A model generated the notes under the pieces. It was not told the DNA's origin. It searched no databases and worked only from the letters and a program-made list of their open reading frames with translations. 64,000 bases of DNA from Patescibacteria group bacterium (GTDB lineage: Bacteria > Patescibacteriota > Patescibacteriia > UBA9570): positions 14,114 to 78,113 of the forward strand of contig JAJRVJ010000028.1 in NCBI GenBank assembly GCA_024277435.1, read 5' to 3'. The position numbers and the translations under genes are program-made. Below, in pieces: positions 18,914 through 30,800 of the stretch; the first letter of the stretch is position 1, and each line of letters begins with the position of its first letter.

Positions 18914-19777
18914 GTGGCTAATCACTTTTTCGCCAAGTGGCCAAAACAAACTAAGCGATTTTTTTGGTTATACGCCGGTTTTGGGGTGTTTACTATAATA
19001 TCTGGCCTATATATGTTTAATAACCGTATTAACGGACTAGCACCATATCTTGTTAGCTTGGATACTACTCCATTTGCAGCTAGCGAATCTCAAGACCAAC
19101 TAGAAGAGTTGGCTGCTATGCGTTCTACAGATACCGATGGTGATGGCCTTGATGATTTTAGTGAAGAATACATATATTACACTAGTAAATACCTTGTAGA
19201 TACTGATTCCGACGGGGTATCCGATGCGGATGAATTATCCGTTAATAACGACCCTAATTGTCCTACTGGTCAAGTTTGTGGGAGTACAGTTGATGCTGAA
19301 GAGGCAAGAGAGATCGCCGCAGCTGCAGATGAGGCAGCTAGTGATATTTTAAATGAGGATATTGAAAGTTTATCAGCAGACGAGGTAAAAGAGCGTTTGG
19401 CTCGATTAGGTATCCCAGAATCAGCCTTTGCTAGCGTAGCAGACGAGGATTTAGTTGAGGTATATAAGAGTGTTGTTTCTGAAACAAATAGCACCTCAGC
19501 TAGTGAAGATATTGATTATAATCCAAATACAGATGTACGAGTTGATCCAACTGGTAATCCAATAGATGATTTAGCGCCACAGGGTAGTGAAGGATTATCT
19601 GGGACAGCTGATTTTGAGGATTTCCAAAATTTACAAGCCGATGATATCAGAACCTTACTATTGCAAAGTGGTGTTTCTCAAGAAGAGTTGAATGTAATTA
19701 GTGATTCTGATTTGGAAATATTATATCAAGACGTATTAGATCAACAATTAGATGCCACCGCGCAAGGGGGTCTCTAA
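18914..19777 (+). CDS. Hypothetical membrane-anchored acidic protein with thrombospondin type-3-like Ca-binding repeats
   Basis: N-terminal transmembrane segment, DTDGDGLDDFSEEY and DTDSDGVSDADE motifs. GTG start. Confidence 0.5.
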   Translation: MANHFFAKWPKQTKRFFWLYAGFGVFTIISGLYMFNNRINGLAPYLVSLDTTPFAASESQDQLEELAAMRSTDTDGDGLDDFSEEYIYYTSKYLVDTDSDGVSDADELSVNNDPNCPTGQVCGSTVDAEEAREIAAAADEAASDILNEDIESLSADEVKERLARLGIPESAFASVADEDLVEVYKSVVSETNSTSASEDIDYNPNTDVRVDPTGNPIDDLAPQGSEGLSGTADFEDFQNLQADDIRTLLLQSGVSQEELNVISDSDLEILYQDVLDQQLDATAQGGL

Positions 19778-19786
19778 AAATATATT

Positions 19787-22700
19787 ATGAGCAAGGGTAA
19801 GCGTTTCCAACAATTCATTACTAGCCTCACAGTTGGGGTATTAATGCTAACAATGTTGGTACGTCCAATGCCGGCTCGTGCTCAGGGTATTCCGGTAATC
19901 GATGTTACACAGATTTCCCAGGAAACTGCTCAAACAGTAGGTCAGAAGATTCTAAAAGCCCTAGGAAATGCAGCGTTAGGCGCTATTCGTGGATCATTAA
20001 ATGCCTTTCTTCAAAAATTAGCCTACGATACAGCCACATGGATTGCTACTGGTGACCATGGTCAGGATAGTTTATTTGTTACCGAAGATGATGAGACATT
20101 TTGGTCGAATGCTGCTGATGTTGCTGCAGGCGGTGCTATTGAACAAGCTGCTACAGCAGCTGGATTAAATGCAGCTGGTATTTGTAATCCGGGTGGTGAT
20201 TTTGGTATTAATCTTACCCTTGGTTTAGATGTTACAGCACAGCAACCATATAAGCCGGCTTGTACGTTAAGTGAATTAAGTGGTAATTGGGAAGAAGCAT
20301 TTTCCGATCCAAATTTTGGTGACCTAGTGAATATGCAATGGGATTCCACTGCAAATCCACTAGGTGCATCATTAGAAGTGGAAAACTTACAAATTGTTGC
20401 TAGCGCTGAAGCGGTAGATGCAGCAAAATCAGAATCAGCGAGAGAATTTAAACAGGTTACAGAAACTGTTTCTGGCTACGTTAAAACTCCTAGCGCTACT
20501 GTAAAACAACAATTAGCAACCACGCAGTTAGCGCAAAATGAAGCCTGGCAGTTATTGGGCAATCCAGTTGTAGATGCTGTTGCGGTATTCTCTACCACAC
20601 TTACCTCAAAGCTTATGGAGCGCTTAATGACTGGTTTAGCGGATGCCAAAGCCGGTAACGGATTAAGCGCTATTATTTCTGGTGAAGGAACCGGCGCTGC
20701 TTCCGGTAGAGCTGCTGCGCAGGCACGGTTTGCAGAATTGCGCCAGCCAGTATTTGCATCTAGCGGCACCTTTGATATCATCGCTGAATTATCATCTTGT
20801 CCAGATGACGTTGGTTTACGTACTGTAAATAATTGTTCTATTGGTCCAACAACGGCCATTGCTATCCAGGAGGGTTGGACGACTCAAGAATTGGTTGATT
20901 ATTTTGAAGAGGTTGGAAATGATTTTCGTTTTGTCGATGAAACGCTTACCGCGCAAGAGGTAGCGCAAGACGCTGGTATTACCTATCAGGGTATTTTGGT
21001 ATTAAAAAAATACCGTATTATTCCTGTAGGTTGGGATTTAGCCGCCCAATATATTAATGATGATTCCAATCAAGAAAGCAAAACATTATCAGAATTAGTA
21101 GATGAATTTGATAATTGTGATTCGGGTGATGACTATTCCCCATACTGTAAATTAGTTGATCCGTATTGGGTATTAAAAGCGCATGCAAATTTTTGCCAGC
21201 GGGAAGCTCCTGGCCCAGACTTTGCATCAAAAGATAAAATTGATGATGATGTAAATGCTGCCACTCCAGAAGCTATTATTCTTAATCGTTTAAATTACTG
21301 TGCTGATAACCGCGGCTGCATTCAAGAGGAAGAAGAGGGCGTGTGTACTGCTTATGGATATTGTACAGAAGAAGAACGCACCTATCGTTTTGCTGGTGAT
21401 ACGTGCGATGAAGAATATGCAAGTTGTGAAACATTCACCAATGAAGATGATGAAGATATCTCCTACTTGAAGAGTAGTATTAATTACAATGATTGTGCAA
21501 CGGATCCTGGGTGCCAATGGTATTGCTTAAGCACTAATGAATCTGGTTTATATGATTGTGCTAGCCCAACCGAAACCTTCATTACCTGTAACGAAGACTA
21601 TGCAGATAGTGATGCAGTATATAGTTATGATGAGCAAGTATCATGCGCTTGTGAGGTGCAAGATACGTGTATTGTTCGGGCTGGTTCTGATTTAGGTGAC
21701 GATAGTGGTAGTTATGAATATATCGAGGAAGGTGATTCATCAGCATCCGATACGGTGGCTGATGGCATTTATGATTTTTACCAATGTCGAGTATATCCAG
21801 ATGCATCACAGCCAGATGCATATGCTATATGTGACTTAGGCGAAGCTTGTGGAGCTGGTAATCCAAATTATGATGATTCCTTGGGGTATTGTACGTGTAC
21901 AATTGATTACTCTTGTGATGCTGATAGCGGTGATAGCTCTTGTGAAGCAACTGTCACAGGTGATAATGATACCGATGGAGATGGAGTGGATGAAACACTA
22001 ACTATTGGTTGTGATTTAGATGATGAAGATGCTGATTCTTCAGCTGATTCTTGTACATCTGAATACTCAACATACAGTGATGCGCCAGTATGTTCACCAA
22101 GTGGATCTATTAATTGTGGTGACACGTGTATTGTTTCTGACGGCTCAAGTAGCTGTACGAATAGTTTAGGTAATACCTGTGAAGATGGTGGGGACTTAGA
22201 TAGCGATGGTTCCGTTAATGGGGAATGCACATTGGCAGATACCTGTGATATTAGCGATGGTCAGTTTAGTTGTTCTACTGACAACGGTAATTTATGTGTC
22301 ATTGGAACACAAGAAGAAGATCCAGCAGAGGAAAATGACACTATCTATTTTGATGCTAATGTTCAAGAATGTGACAGTGGTGATGCGGGATGTAGTAATT
22401 ATATTCGCACTCTAAGCGATACAAATATTCTACCAAACTCACAATTTAATTATTATGATGGTGATCTTGATGATTCGTCAACGGATTTTGTTGGCTTTTG
22501 CACACATGACGGTAGTGGTTGTTACACTGATGCAGATTGTTATGAAGATGTGAATGGTGATGGCCTAGCTGATACTTCAGACCCAGCAGAGCAGGTTGGT
22601 GAATGTAAGGGTTGGATTCAATCTGACGTTGCCGCGCAAGTAGTTACACAATCTACACTTGGATTAACTCCAATCTACGGAGAAAATGCCTTACAAGTTA

Positions 22701-25700
22701 TTGCTGATGGCGATGCCTCAACAACTGGTAACGTGTATGCAGAAGTTGATACCGGATATACATTAGCCGACCGTACGTTTAGTCTGGCGTATCGCGCATA
22801 TTCAGGAGAAGCTACATTATATGATTGTGATTACAGCTTTTCACTTGGTGGTATCGAAAGTGATGGTACAGAGTATGTATTAGATACCATTACATCTATT
22901 GAAGTTGACGACACAACAACTCTAGATGCGTATGAAAGTGATTGGAATGAGTACTACGGAACATTTACGTTTCCAGAAGATGGTGATTCAACCTATAGTA
23001 GCACTGGCTCTCCAGGAACAACGATTAAGCTGTCTATTCAAAATCATGATGATTGTAGTATTAATATTGATGCCGTTCAATTAGTTGAAGCTGAAGAATA
23101 CGATACGAGCTTCTCAGCTTACAATGATAACAATAGTATATACTTGAACTCTTCAAATAGTTGTGAACCGGAAGATGTTGGTTGTGAATTATATGTTGAA
23201 GATGGTCGCGACGAAGAAGATGGTATTCCGGGTAAGATTACTAATCCAGAATCAGATGTCTGTGTTGATGCTTCGGGTAATTATAACTACGACAATCCAT
23301 CATGTAATCAATGTGATGGTAACCCAGCTGAAGATCAGGATGATAATTATTACGCTGGTTGTGATTTTTACCAAGAAGTAAGCTTAGATCGTACTATTCC
23401 AATTACTACCGATTATGGATCATTATTAAGTACAGAAGAGCGCGACGGTATTATGCAGCGCTACGGTGGACGATGTTCATCCGATCCTTCCGAGAGTTGT
23501 TTCGAAGCCTCAGATTGTTCTACGAGTGGTGATGTATGTGAATTGCAAACATCAATCGTGCCATCTTCTGGCCAACAATGTCCGGCATCAGTAGTTGGCT
23601 GTGAAGAATACACAAATTTAGAAGCAGCTGCAGAAGGTGGTGAATCACTATCGTACTACAGTGAGTTGCAACAATGTGTGAAAGAAAATGACGATGACAC
23701 AGATACCTTCTTTACATTTGAAGGTAGTGATGATGGTGGTATTCAAATTACAGATCATTTCTTAAAGGTTGTTCACGATACAGGAACTGCTAATGATGGT
23801 GCTCCATGTACTACCCTAGATTGGGAAAACGAAAGTTACAATGCTGATTGTCAGGACTTTGTAACTGTTACACCAAATGATTGTGGCCCTAGTGGTGATG
23901 ATGTATATGGATCCGACCTAGATTGTCGCCAATATATTAATGATGAAGGTGATATATTCTATCGTTATGAATCGGAAGTAATTATAGCTACCGATGAATG
24001 TACAACACTGCGTAATACGCTTGATACACGAGTATACTTCGCAGTGCCAGGTGATAGCGCTAGTTGTTCAGCTTCGTACAATGGATGTCGTGAATATAAA
24101 GGTACCGATTCTGGATCGGCGCTAGATGTTGTTGATGAAGAGTTCGATAGTAATTCTACAGAAGAGTGGGTTGGTGCCGATACCACAAGTAATGAAGAGG
24201 TATTACAAGGTGGATATTCCTTAGCTCTACATACAGCAACTAGTTCAGCTTCTAGTGACTTTTCTGGCTATACTGAATATGAAGAAATTACCTACGATTT
24301 ATGGCAAGAGAATGATGGTGAAACCGTTGGTACACTTACTCCTGGTCAATCGTATGTACTATCTTTCTGGGCTAAGGTAACTGATGCAGATGCACAATTA
24401 TTAGCATCTATTGATCCACTAATGTCATCAGTAAATACATATTATTATTTTACTAACGATGGATCAGATGATACTCGAGCAGATTCGGCTATTGATCTTG
24501 ATCCAAACAGTGAAGGGGACTGGCAATTCTATCAACTTGGCCCTATCATTCTTGATGCCAGTGCGGAAGAAGATGATCAGAGCGTTACCTTCAACTTACA
24601 ATTCATGGATACAACTGGTTCAGCTGAAGGGTATATTGATAATATTTTACTTACGGAATCAGATAGTCAGTATCTTATTCAAGATTCCTACAATTATTGT
24701 TTAAATTTTGAGGGTTGTCGAGAGTATAAAGATCGTAATGATAATACACATTACCTAAAATCCTTTGATCGTTTATGTGAAGAGGGTGCCGTTGGTTGTG
24801 AGGCACTTATTAATACATATAATTCCTCCAATCCATTTACCGAAGGCTATAATTTTGATAATGAATATGATGAAGATGATGTGGTTGTACAATACGATCA
24901 GCCAATTACATTAGTATACGACGAGGAAAATGAATGCTCGTCTGAGGTAAGGGCTTGTAAAGCGGTTGGATTGCCAGAGGTAGATGAACGCACCGGATAT
25001 GTTGAGGAGTTTACTACTACATATTTACGTGACCTACCAGATGATTATACATCAACATTATGTGAACAGCCGCAATTAAGCTGCCAAGCCTATGAATCTA
25101 CGTATGATGGAACAGTATATTTCAAAGACCCTGGTGATAAGGTGTGTACGTTAGAGGAGTATACTACGGATGAAGGAACCTTGTTGGGATGGTTTAAGAA
25201 AGATAGTGATGCTACAGAGCCAGATTGTCCTGTACAGTACGATTATGCAGATAAGTCGTATCCATTAGGTGGGTTATGTAACAGTAATAGTGTGAGCTTT
25301 GATGAGGATGGTTCGGTAAATGATAGCTTGATTGGGGAATTATGTAATTCGGATAGTGATTGTTATCCAAGTGGCTGGTCTAGTAGTGATCCGCGACCAC
25401 GCTGTATTTCAAATCCAGAAGATGATGTTGATTTATTTGATGGCAGTGTTCATCAATACGCCATTCGTGCAAATGATGAATTATCACTAGATACTGATGA
25501 TTTTGGTTGGGTTGGTACATGTCCATCAAGTCAATCGGGTTGTACAGAATATATTGATCCGTATAGTCCAAATATCGAAGAAATTACTCGTAACTGGAGC
25601 TTTGAAAATGATGTGCGTAATCAACAGGATACGTATTATGCTAATGAAGAAACCGCTGATGGATTCCCAGACTACTGGTACGTAAATAGCAATGCTGGTG

Positions 25701-27517
25701 AGGAAGGTACTGGTGAATATGAAGATGCTGATGAGGATGGTTTTGCTGATGATGAAATCATGGTAAATACCACATTGGATCTAGATAATGATGGTACAGC
25801 TGATTTCCCAGCTGAGTGTCATTCATATTTACCAACCGAAGATACATATCCCGATGCATATGTGTATGCAACCTATGGTGCATCTACGAACACAGCTGCG
25901 ATGACTAACTCTAATGATTATTCAGATGTTGATGTAACTCCGGTGGATGGAGATTCTGCTCTATTTATTGAAGAATGTGCATTAGAGAATAATAAGCTCT
26001 TTTCATACGAGCGCGATAAATTATATACATTGTCTGCCTTTGTAAAATTACCTCTTATTCCTGAAGATGATCGTGAAACAATTTTACCAAACTATGAATT
26101 CAGCATTGGCTTACGTTACTATGATGAAGACTTTAATGAGGTAGAAGTAGATGATAGTGATCAAATGTTTATTGTGGCCGACCATGCCACTATCGAGCCT
26201 ACTTCATACGCTGTAGATGATTCTGATAATCAAAGTGAATGGTATAAATGGCAAGGGAATATCGGTATAGGATCAACCGTAGAATTTCCAGATCCAGATA
26301 CCAATGGTAATTGTAATGGTGGAGTAGGTCCATTTATAGATTTCAGTAGAACAAGTTGTGAAAATGGAGGTGGAGAATGGTATGAAATAAAATATGCATC
26401 TCCATTTGTGGCTAATCATTATAGTAGTCCAATCTGGTTTGATGCAGTATCGTTTAAGGAAAACGACAAGTATTATTATCTTGACTACACCGTTGATGGA
26501 ACTTCCGAGCATGATTCTGAATTTGATTTTACTACTTGTGAAGGCACTGATGGGGAAGGTGAAATTACATCCGATGGTGGTTGCGTAGGATTCCGTGACA
26601 CCACATATGATTCACAAATTATCTCGCAAGATAGCATTGAATGTGCAACCTGTTTATTAACGCCAAATTCAGATAGTTGCCGTAATGTGGTAGACGCCTG
26701 TGATACGAATGCAGTTATTAAAGTAAAACGAGATCGCGTATGTAGTGAGTGGCTGGCTTGTGAAACTGCTGCTGTAGTTACGGATGAAGAGGGTAATGAA
26801 GCAAGCCAATGCTTCTCAATTGGTCGTTGCGTTGGCCTTGATGAAGATGGAAATTGTATCGATTGGAAATTAAAACCAAGTACCGACGAGTTAACCACTC
26901 TTACCGATCTTCATTACACAACTGCTGGTGGTGATAATGATGAACTAAGTGCCATCCGTAACTTAACCGGATATAGTAAGGTAGGTATGACATGGCTTGA
27001 TACTCAGGTATGTGATGGTGGTGAATCAAGCGGTGAATCTTGTGAATACGATACCGATTGTGGACCAATTTATGGTAGTTGTTCTGGTGATGAATGTGTG
27101 AGTGGAGATAATCTGGGAGATATTGGTTGTCAGGCTGATGCGGATGATAATGGTGTGGCGGAATCTTGTGGTGAAACGGGTACGTACTATGAATGTAGAG
27201 CTCCAATTGAAGTGCAGGGTTATTTTCCATATGGCTGGATGGTAGAAATTGGTGGTGATGGCGCTGAGGCGGAGAATGACTTTATCGAGCACCGTTCTTT
27301 CGAGAATCTGTATTGTGCTGGTGAAGATGCCGATCCTACACAGGCTTGTATAGTGAATGCGAGTGGCTTCGGTGAAACTAGTCCTAGCCCTTCGGCGGGA
27401 AATTGCTTCCGTACCGAATTTGAAGATCGATTAACCAATGACGATACCGATGTTGGAACTACTGATAATCCATATACATATGTAGAGGGAACTGATCTTG
27501 ATGATTATCAAGGTTAA
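19787..27517 (+). CDS. Giant secreted cysteine-rich acidic protein, part 1 (2576 codons)
   Basis: Signal peptide MSKGKRFQQFITSLTVGVLMLTMLVRPMPARAQG. Very long open frame rich in Cys, Asp, Gly, Thr and Ser. It ends at a TAA that is in frame with the downstream ORF. Confidence 0.8.
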   Translation: MSKGKRFQQFITSLTVGVLMLTMLVRPMPARAQGIPVIDVTQISQETAQTVGQKILKALGNAALGAIRGSLNAFLQKLAYDTATWIATGDHGQDSLFVTEDDETFWSNAADVAAGGAIEQAATAAGLNAAGICNPGGDFGINLTLGLDVTAQQPYKPACTLSELSGNWEEAFSDPNFGDLVNMQWDSTANPLGASLEVENLQIVASAEAVDAAKSESAREFKQVTETVSGYVKTPSATVKQQLATTQLAQNEAWQLLGNPVVDAVAVFSTTLTSKLMERLMTGLADAKAGNGLSAIISGEGTGAASGRAAAQARFAELRQPVFASSGTFDIIAELSSCPDDVGLRTVNNCSIGPTTAIAIQEGWTTQELVDYFEEVGNDFRFVDETLTAQEVAQDAGITYQGILVLKKYRIIPVGWDLAAQYINDDSNQESKTLSELVDEFDNCDSGDDYSPYCKLVDPYWVLKAHANFCQREAPGPDFASKDKIDDDVNAATPEAIILNRLNYCADNRGCIQEEEEGVCTAYGYCTEEERTYRFAGDTCDEEYASCETFTNEDDEDISYLKSSINYNDCATDPGCQWYCLSTNESGLYDCASPTETFITCNEDYADSDAVYSYDEQVSCACEVQDTCIVRAGSDLGDDSGSYEYIEEGDSSASDTVADGIYDFYQCRVYPDASQPDAYAICDLGEACGAGNPNYDDSLGYCTCTIDYSCDADSGDSSCEATVTGDNDTDGDGVDETLTIGCDLDDEDADSSADSCTSEYSTYSDAPVCSPSGSINCGDTCIVSDGSSSCTNSLGNTCEDGGDLDSDGSVNGECTLADTCDISDGQFSCSTDNGNLCVIGTQEEDPAEENDTIYFDANVQECDSGDAGCSNYIRTLSDTNILPNSQFNYYDGDLDDSSTDFVGFCTHDGSGCYTDADCYEDVNGDGLADTSDPAEQVGECKGWIQSDVAAQVVTQSTLGLTPIYGENALQVIADGDASTTGNVYAEVDTGYTLADRTFSLAYRAYSGEATLYDCDYSFSLGGIESDGTEYVLDTITSIEVDDTTTLDAYESDWNEYYGTFTFPEDGDSTYSSTGSPGTTIKLSIQNHDDCSINIDAVQLVEAEEYDTSFSAYNDNNSIYLNSSNSCEPEDVGCELYVEDGRDEEDGIPGKITNPESDVCVDASGNYNYDNPSCNQCDGNPAEDQDDNYYAGCDFYQEVSLDRTIPITTDYGSLLSTEERDGIMQRYGGRCSSDPSESCFEASDCSTSGDVCELQTSIVPSSGQQCPASVVGCEEYTNLEAAAEGGESLSYYSELQQCVKENDDDTDTFFTFEGSDDGGIQITDHFLKVVHDTGTANDGAPCTTLDWENESYNADCQDFVTVTPNDCGPSGDDVYGSDLDCRQYINDEGDIFYRYESEVIIATDECTTLRNTLDTRVYFAVPGDSASCSASYNGCREYKGTDSGSALDVVDEEFDSNSTEEWVGADTTSNEEVLQGGYSLALHTATSSASSDFSGYTEYEEITYDLWQENDGETVGTLTPGQSYVLSFWAKVTDADAQLLASIDPLMSSVNTYYYFTNDGSDDTRADSAIDLDPNSEGDWQFYQLGPIILDASAEEDDQSVTFNLQFMDTTGSAEGYIDNILLTESDSQYLIQDSYNYCLNFEGCREYKDRNDNTHYLKSFDRLCEEGAVGCEALINTYNSSNPFTEGYNFDNEYDEDDVVVQYDQPITLVYDEENECSSEVRACKAVGLPEVDERTGYVEEFTTTYLRDLPDDYTSTLCEQPQLSCQAYESTYDGTVYFKDPGDKVCTLEEYTTDEGTLLGWFKKDSDATEPDCPVQYDYADKSYPLGGLCNSNSVSFDEDGSVNDSLIGELCNSDSDCYPSGWSSSDPRPRCISNPEDDVDLFDGSVHQYAIRANDELSLDTDDFGWVGTCPSSQSGCTEYIDPYSPNIEEITRNWSFENDVRNQQDTYYANEETADGFPDYWYVNSNAGEEGTGEYEDADEDGFADDEIMVNTTLDLDNDGTADFPAECHSYLPTEDTYPDAYVYATYGASTNTAAMTNSNDYSDVDVTPVDGDSALFIEECALENNKLFSYERDKLYTLSAFVKLPLIPEDDRETILPNYEFSIGLRYYDEDFNEVEVDDSDQMFIVADHATIEPTSYAVDDSDNQSEWYKWQGNIGIGSTVEFPDPDTNGNCNGGVGPFIDFSRTSCENGGGEWYEIKYASPFVANHYSSPIWFDAVSFKENDKYYYLDYTVDGTSEHDSEFDFTTCEGTDGEGEITSDGGCVGFRDTTYDSQIISQDSIECATCLLTPNSDSCRNVVDACDTNAVIKVKRDRVCSEWLACETAAVVTDEEGNEASQCFSIGRCVGLDEDGNCIDWKLKPSTDELTTLTDLHYTTAGGDNDELSAIRNLTGYSKVGMTWLDTQVCDGGESSGESCEYDTDCGPIYGSCSGDECVSGDNLGDIGCQADADDNGVAESCGETGTYYECRAPIEVQGYFPYGWMVEIGGDGAEAENDFIEHRSFENLYCAGEDADPTQACIVNASGFGETSPSPSAGNCFRTEFEDRLTNDDTDVGTTDNPYTYVEGTDLDDYQG

Positions 27518-27880
27518 TATTGGGGTGGAGCATCAGCTGTATATGAAGAGCCAAGTTATTATTGTCCAAATACTCCAGAATTTGGTTTATGGCCATTTGG
27601 TGGATTTGAAGATGGTACGGATACCGAATATACTCAACATGGTTGGCAACCAATTGGTGATACTTCTGTATTTGTAACACAATACGATTATAATTTTAAA
27701 ACTGTTCTTAATGAATTTTCAGGGCGTGATACCAGTGAATTCACTTGTGATGAAGATTGCCCTGAAATTGACGTAAACAATGTATTACAAGTTGAGCCAG
27801 TTGTTACTACAGGTGGTGATACAGGTGGCGTACAATATGATTTCTACGACACCTTTACGGATCCATCTACTGAATTAGCC

Positions 27881-30800
27881 TTGAGTTTTGATGCTCGTTT
27901 TGATGGTAACTTTGAAGAGATAGGTGAAAGTGATGACCCAAGTACAGTGTCGGCGTGCTTAAAACACAATAATATGGTATTTATTGGTGATTGTGATTCT
28001 AGCTCTCAGTGTACGAACGATTCTAGTATTTCTTGTACGGATGATCTAGATGGTGATGGCCGTGATTTTGAATGTGATGTTGCAGTTTCCCGCCAAGACT
28101 GTTGGTCGGAAGGGCGAAGTTCGGCGGACATTGTATTCATTATGGATACTTCCAGTTCTACTTCTACGTACTTAGAAAATACACGTACATCTATTCCTAA
28201 TCTAGTAGCAGAGTTAGAGCGTCGTGAAATAGCGGCGAAATATGCGGTGATTGATATGGATAGTGATGGCAGTTCTGCAATGACAACATTAGAATTACAA
28301 GTGACATCAGACGTTGAGGATATTTCAAATACCTTTGATAGTGATAGCTCTGTATGTTCTGGCGTAGATTTTTATAATACTGGCGTAAGTTGGCGTAATG
28401 ATGACCCATGTCTAAACTCTTCTGGTGCTAGCGTTGATCCGTATGCTGCTATTGCAGACGTACTTGAAAATAATATTCAGGCATATAACTCGAATAGTGA
28501 GGGCGGTACGTTATCATCCGCTGATCTTGCTATGCGCGGAAGTGCATTACCAATTATTATTCTTGTTACAGATACAGGTGATGAGTATAGCAGCAACATT
28601 TATGATGAAGCATACGTATTAGATTTATTTTACGAAACGGAAGCAATAATTATTGCAGTAACTCCAGATACGTTATATAGTTCGTATGGCGATGCTGCTT
28701 CTTACTATAGTGGAATTACAAGTGTATCTGGCGGTGAAGTAATTACAGCAATTAACGATGCAGATTGGACAGCCGATGGATCGGTAATTGATAGCCTTGT
28801 AACTATTATTGAAGAAGAGGTGGATCAGTTCCAGTTTGATAATATCATGCAGAACTATGCACTTGGTCCTATTACACTAGATAATCGATCACTTGAGGAT
28901 GGTGAATTAGGGGCAGCGGAAGGTAAGTTAATTACTTCAGAATTAGAACTTCGTGCATCTGATAATTCTGTATTTCAAATCGATAACGTATCATTAAAAC
29001 CTGTATTATTAGCTTCTCAAGAAGTGGAAGTAGATCCTATCGGTCGTACCTGTCGTGCATGGCCAGCTAGTGATTCATTGCAGTGTGAATATACCGATAC
29101 AAGTGGAGCACAGTATCAAGGTTGGCGTGGATATTGTTTAGAGTCTGATCCATTCAACCGTCGTCGTTGTATTACGTGGTGGCCACTGGATTACTTATCT
29201 GGTGAAGCATCCATTACTAAACGTGAATCAGCTGGATACGATGGTCGCACTGAATTACAGTATTGTTTAGTAGCTAAAGGATATGAAGATCCTGGGTTTT
29301 GTGATCAAGCCGAGTGGGATGATAGCGGTGATACCATCACTTATGGCGATGGCCAGATATGTACTGACGATTCTCAATGTTCATCTGGTACATGCGTGAA
29401 GAGTGTGCGTCACACCGTGGATGATCCAACAAGTTCATCTTCTAAGCCAAACTTTTCTACGCCACTTACTACAAATGCCCCTGAAGATGGCTATACATAT
29501 CGCATGCGTTGGCAAACTAACGATCCAAACGCCATGGAGCATGGAACATTGTATGAGCAATATTTAGCCAACGGTTTTGATCTTGATGATTTGGTAGAGT
29601 CCTTCTTCTTAAGTCCATTCACACTGCTAGATAGTAGCGATGATATTAAAGTAGATGCGGCTACTGTAGTGCGTTTGCCAGCTAGTGAAGTATTACGTAA
29701 TGTACATGTGAGTGAAATTGAATCGATTATTTTCAATACCGGTTCCGCAGGATTTGGCGATGAATCCGTCAGTAACGGACCGGAATGGACATATTGGGGG
29801 CAATTAGGTAAAACAGGGGATACCGGCCTTACTGGTGCTACAGCTGACGTTACAGAAACGTATGTAGATGGTGACGGTAATGCAATTAATCCGGAAGATA
29901 ATGATAACGAATGTGGTACCAATGGGTTTGATTGTAATAAATATGGTAATTGGGTAATTTCTGATTTTGCAGAAGGTAGTATTAATCAAAATGATGATGG
30001 GTCTCAGAAGCCATGGGAAGATTGTTATGCGTATCGTGCAAATGATGGATTGGATATTGATACAATGGGAATTGGTTGTAGAGTATGGGGTGCTTATGAT
30101 AGTAATTATGAACTAGATTACTATGATGATGCAGAAAATTTTGATTACTATGATACTAGTGGAAATTCAACTGAGATGGATATTGTATATACCTGGGCTT
30201 GGAGTAATTTTGATTATGGCTTAGGTACGGCTGATGATGCTGATGCAACTGATTATAATTGTAATACAGGTAGCTCAACAAATGAAGATAAGTATCCATA
30301 CCGCTGGGAGAATTTGGAGGACAGAGAAGATCTATGGTTTGATTCGCCATGTATTGGCGATGCTGTAAAACAGGTGATGGGAGTGGAAGGTTCTGGTAGC
30401 CAGAACCCATGGAAGCGTTTAGGTAATGCTGATAATCTTAATAACTGTATTGAATCATACGAAGGTGAATTTAGTTCTGAGGAGGTCAAGATATGTGTAG
30501 AGGAAGATCCTGGCGATAACTGGTCGGCCTGGACAAGCTGGACAGAACGTTTAGCTATTGAAGATGAAGACTGGGGAGCGTTTGAACAGCATAGTTCTGG
30601 CGGTAATAATATTTTCTCGCTATGGATTGATGTAAATAGCGATGGATATATTTCTGCCGTATATTATCTTATCTATACTGGAGCTATGGGTACGTACGAT
30701 TTTGCTACTTCAGTGGATGCTGCAAACTTCAACTTAACCTTCGATAACGACATGAGCCTTGATTTTCAATTACGTGAAAGTTGTGCGCTAGTAGTAGAGG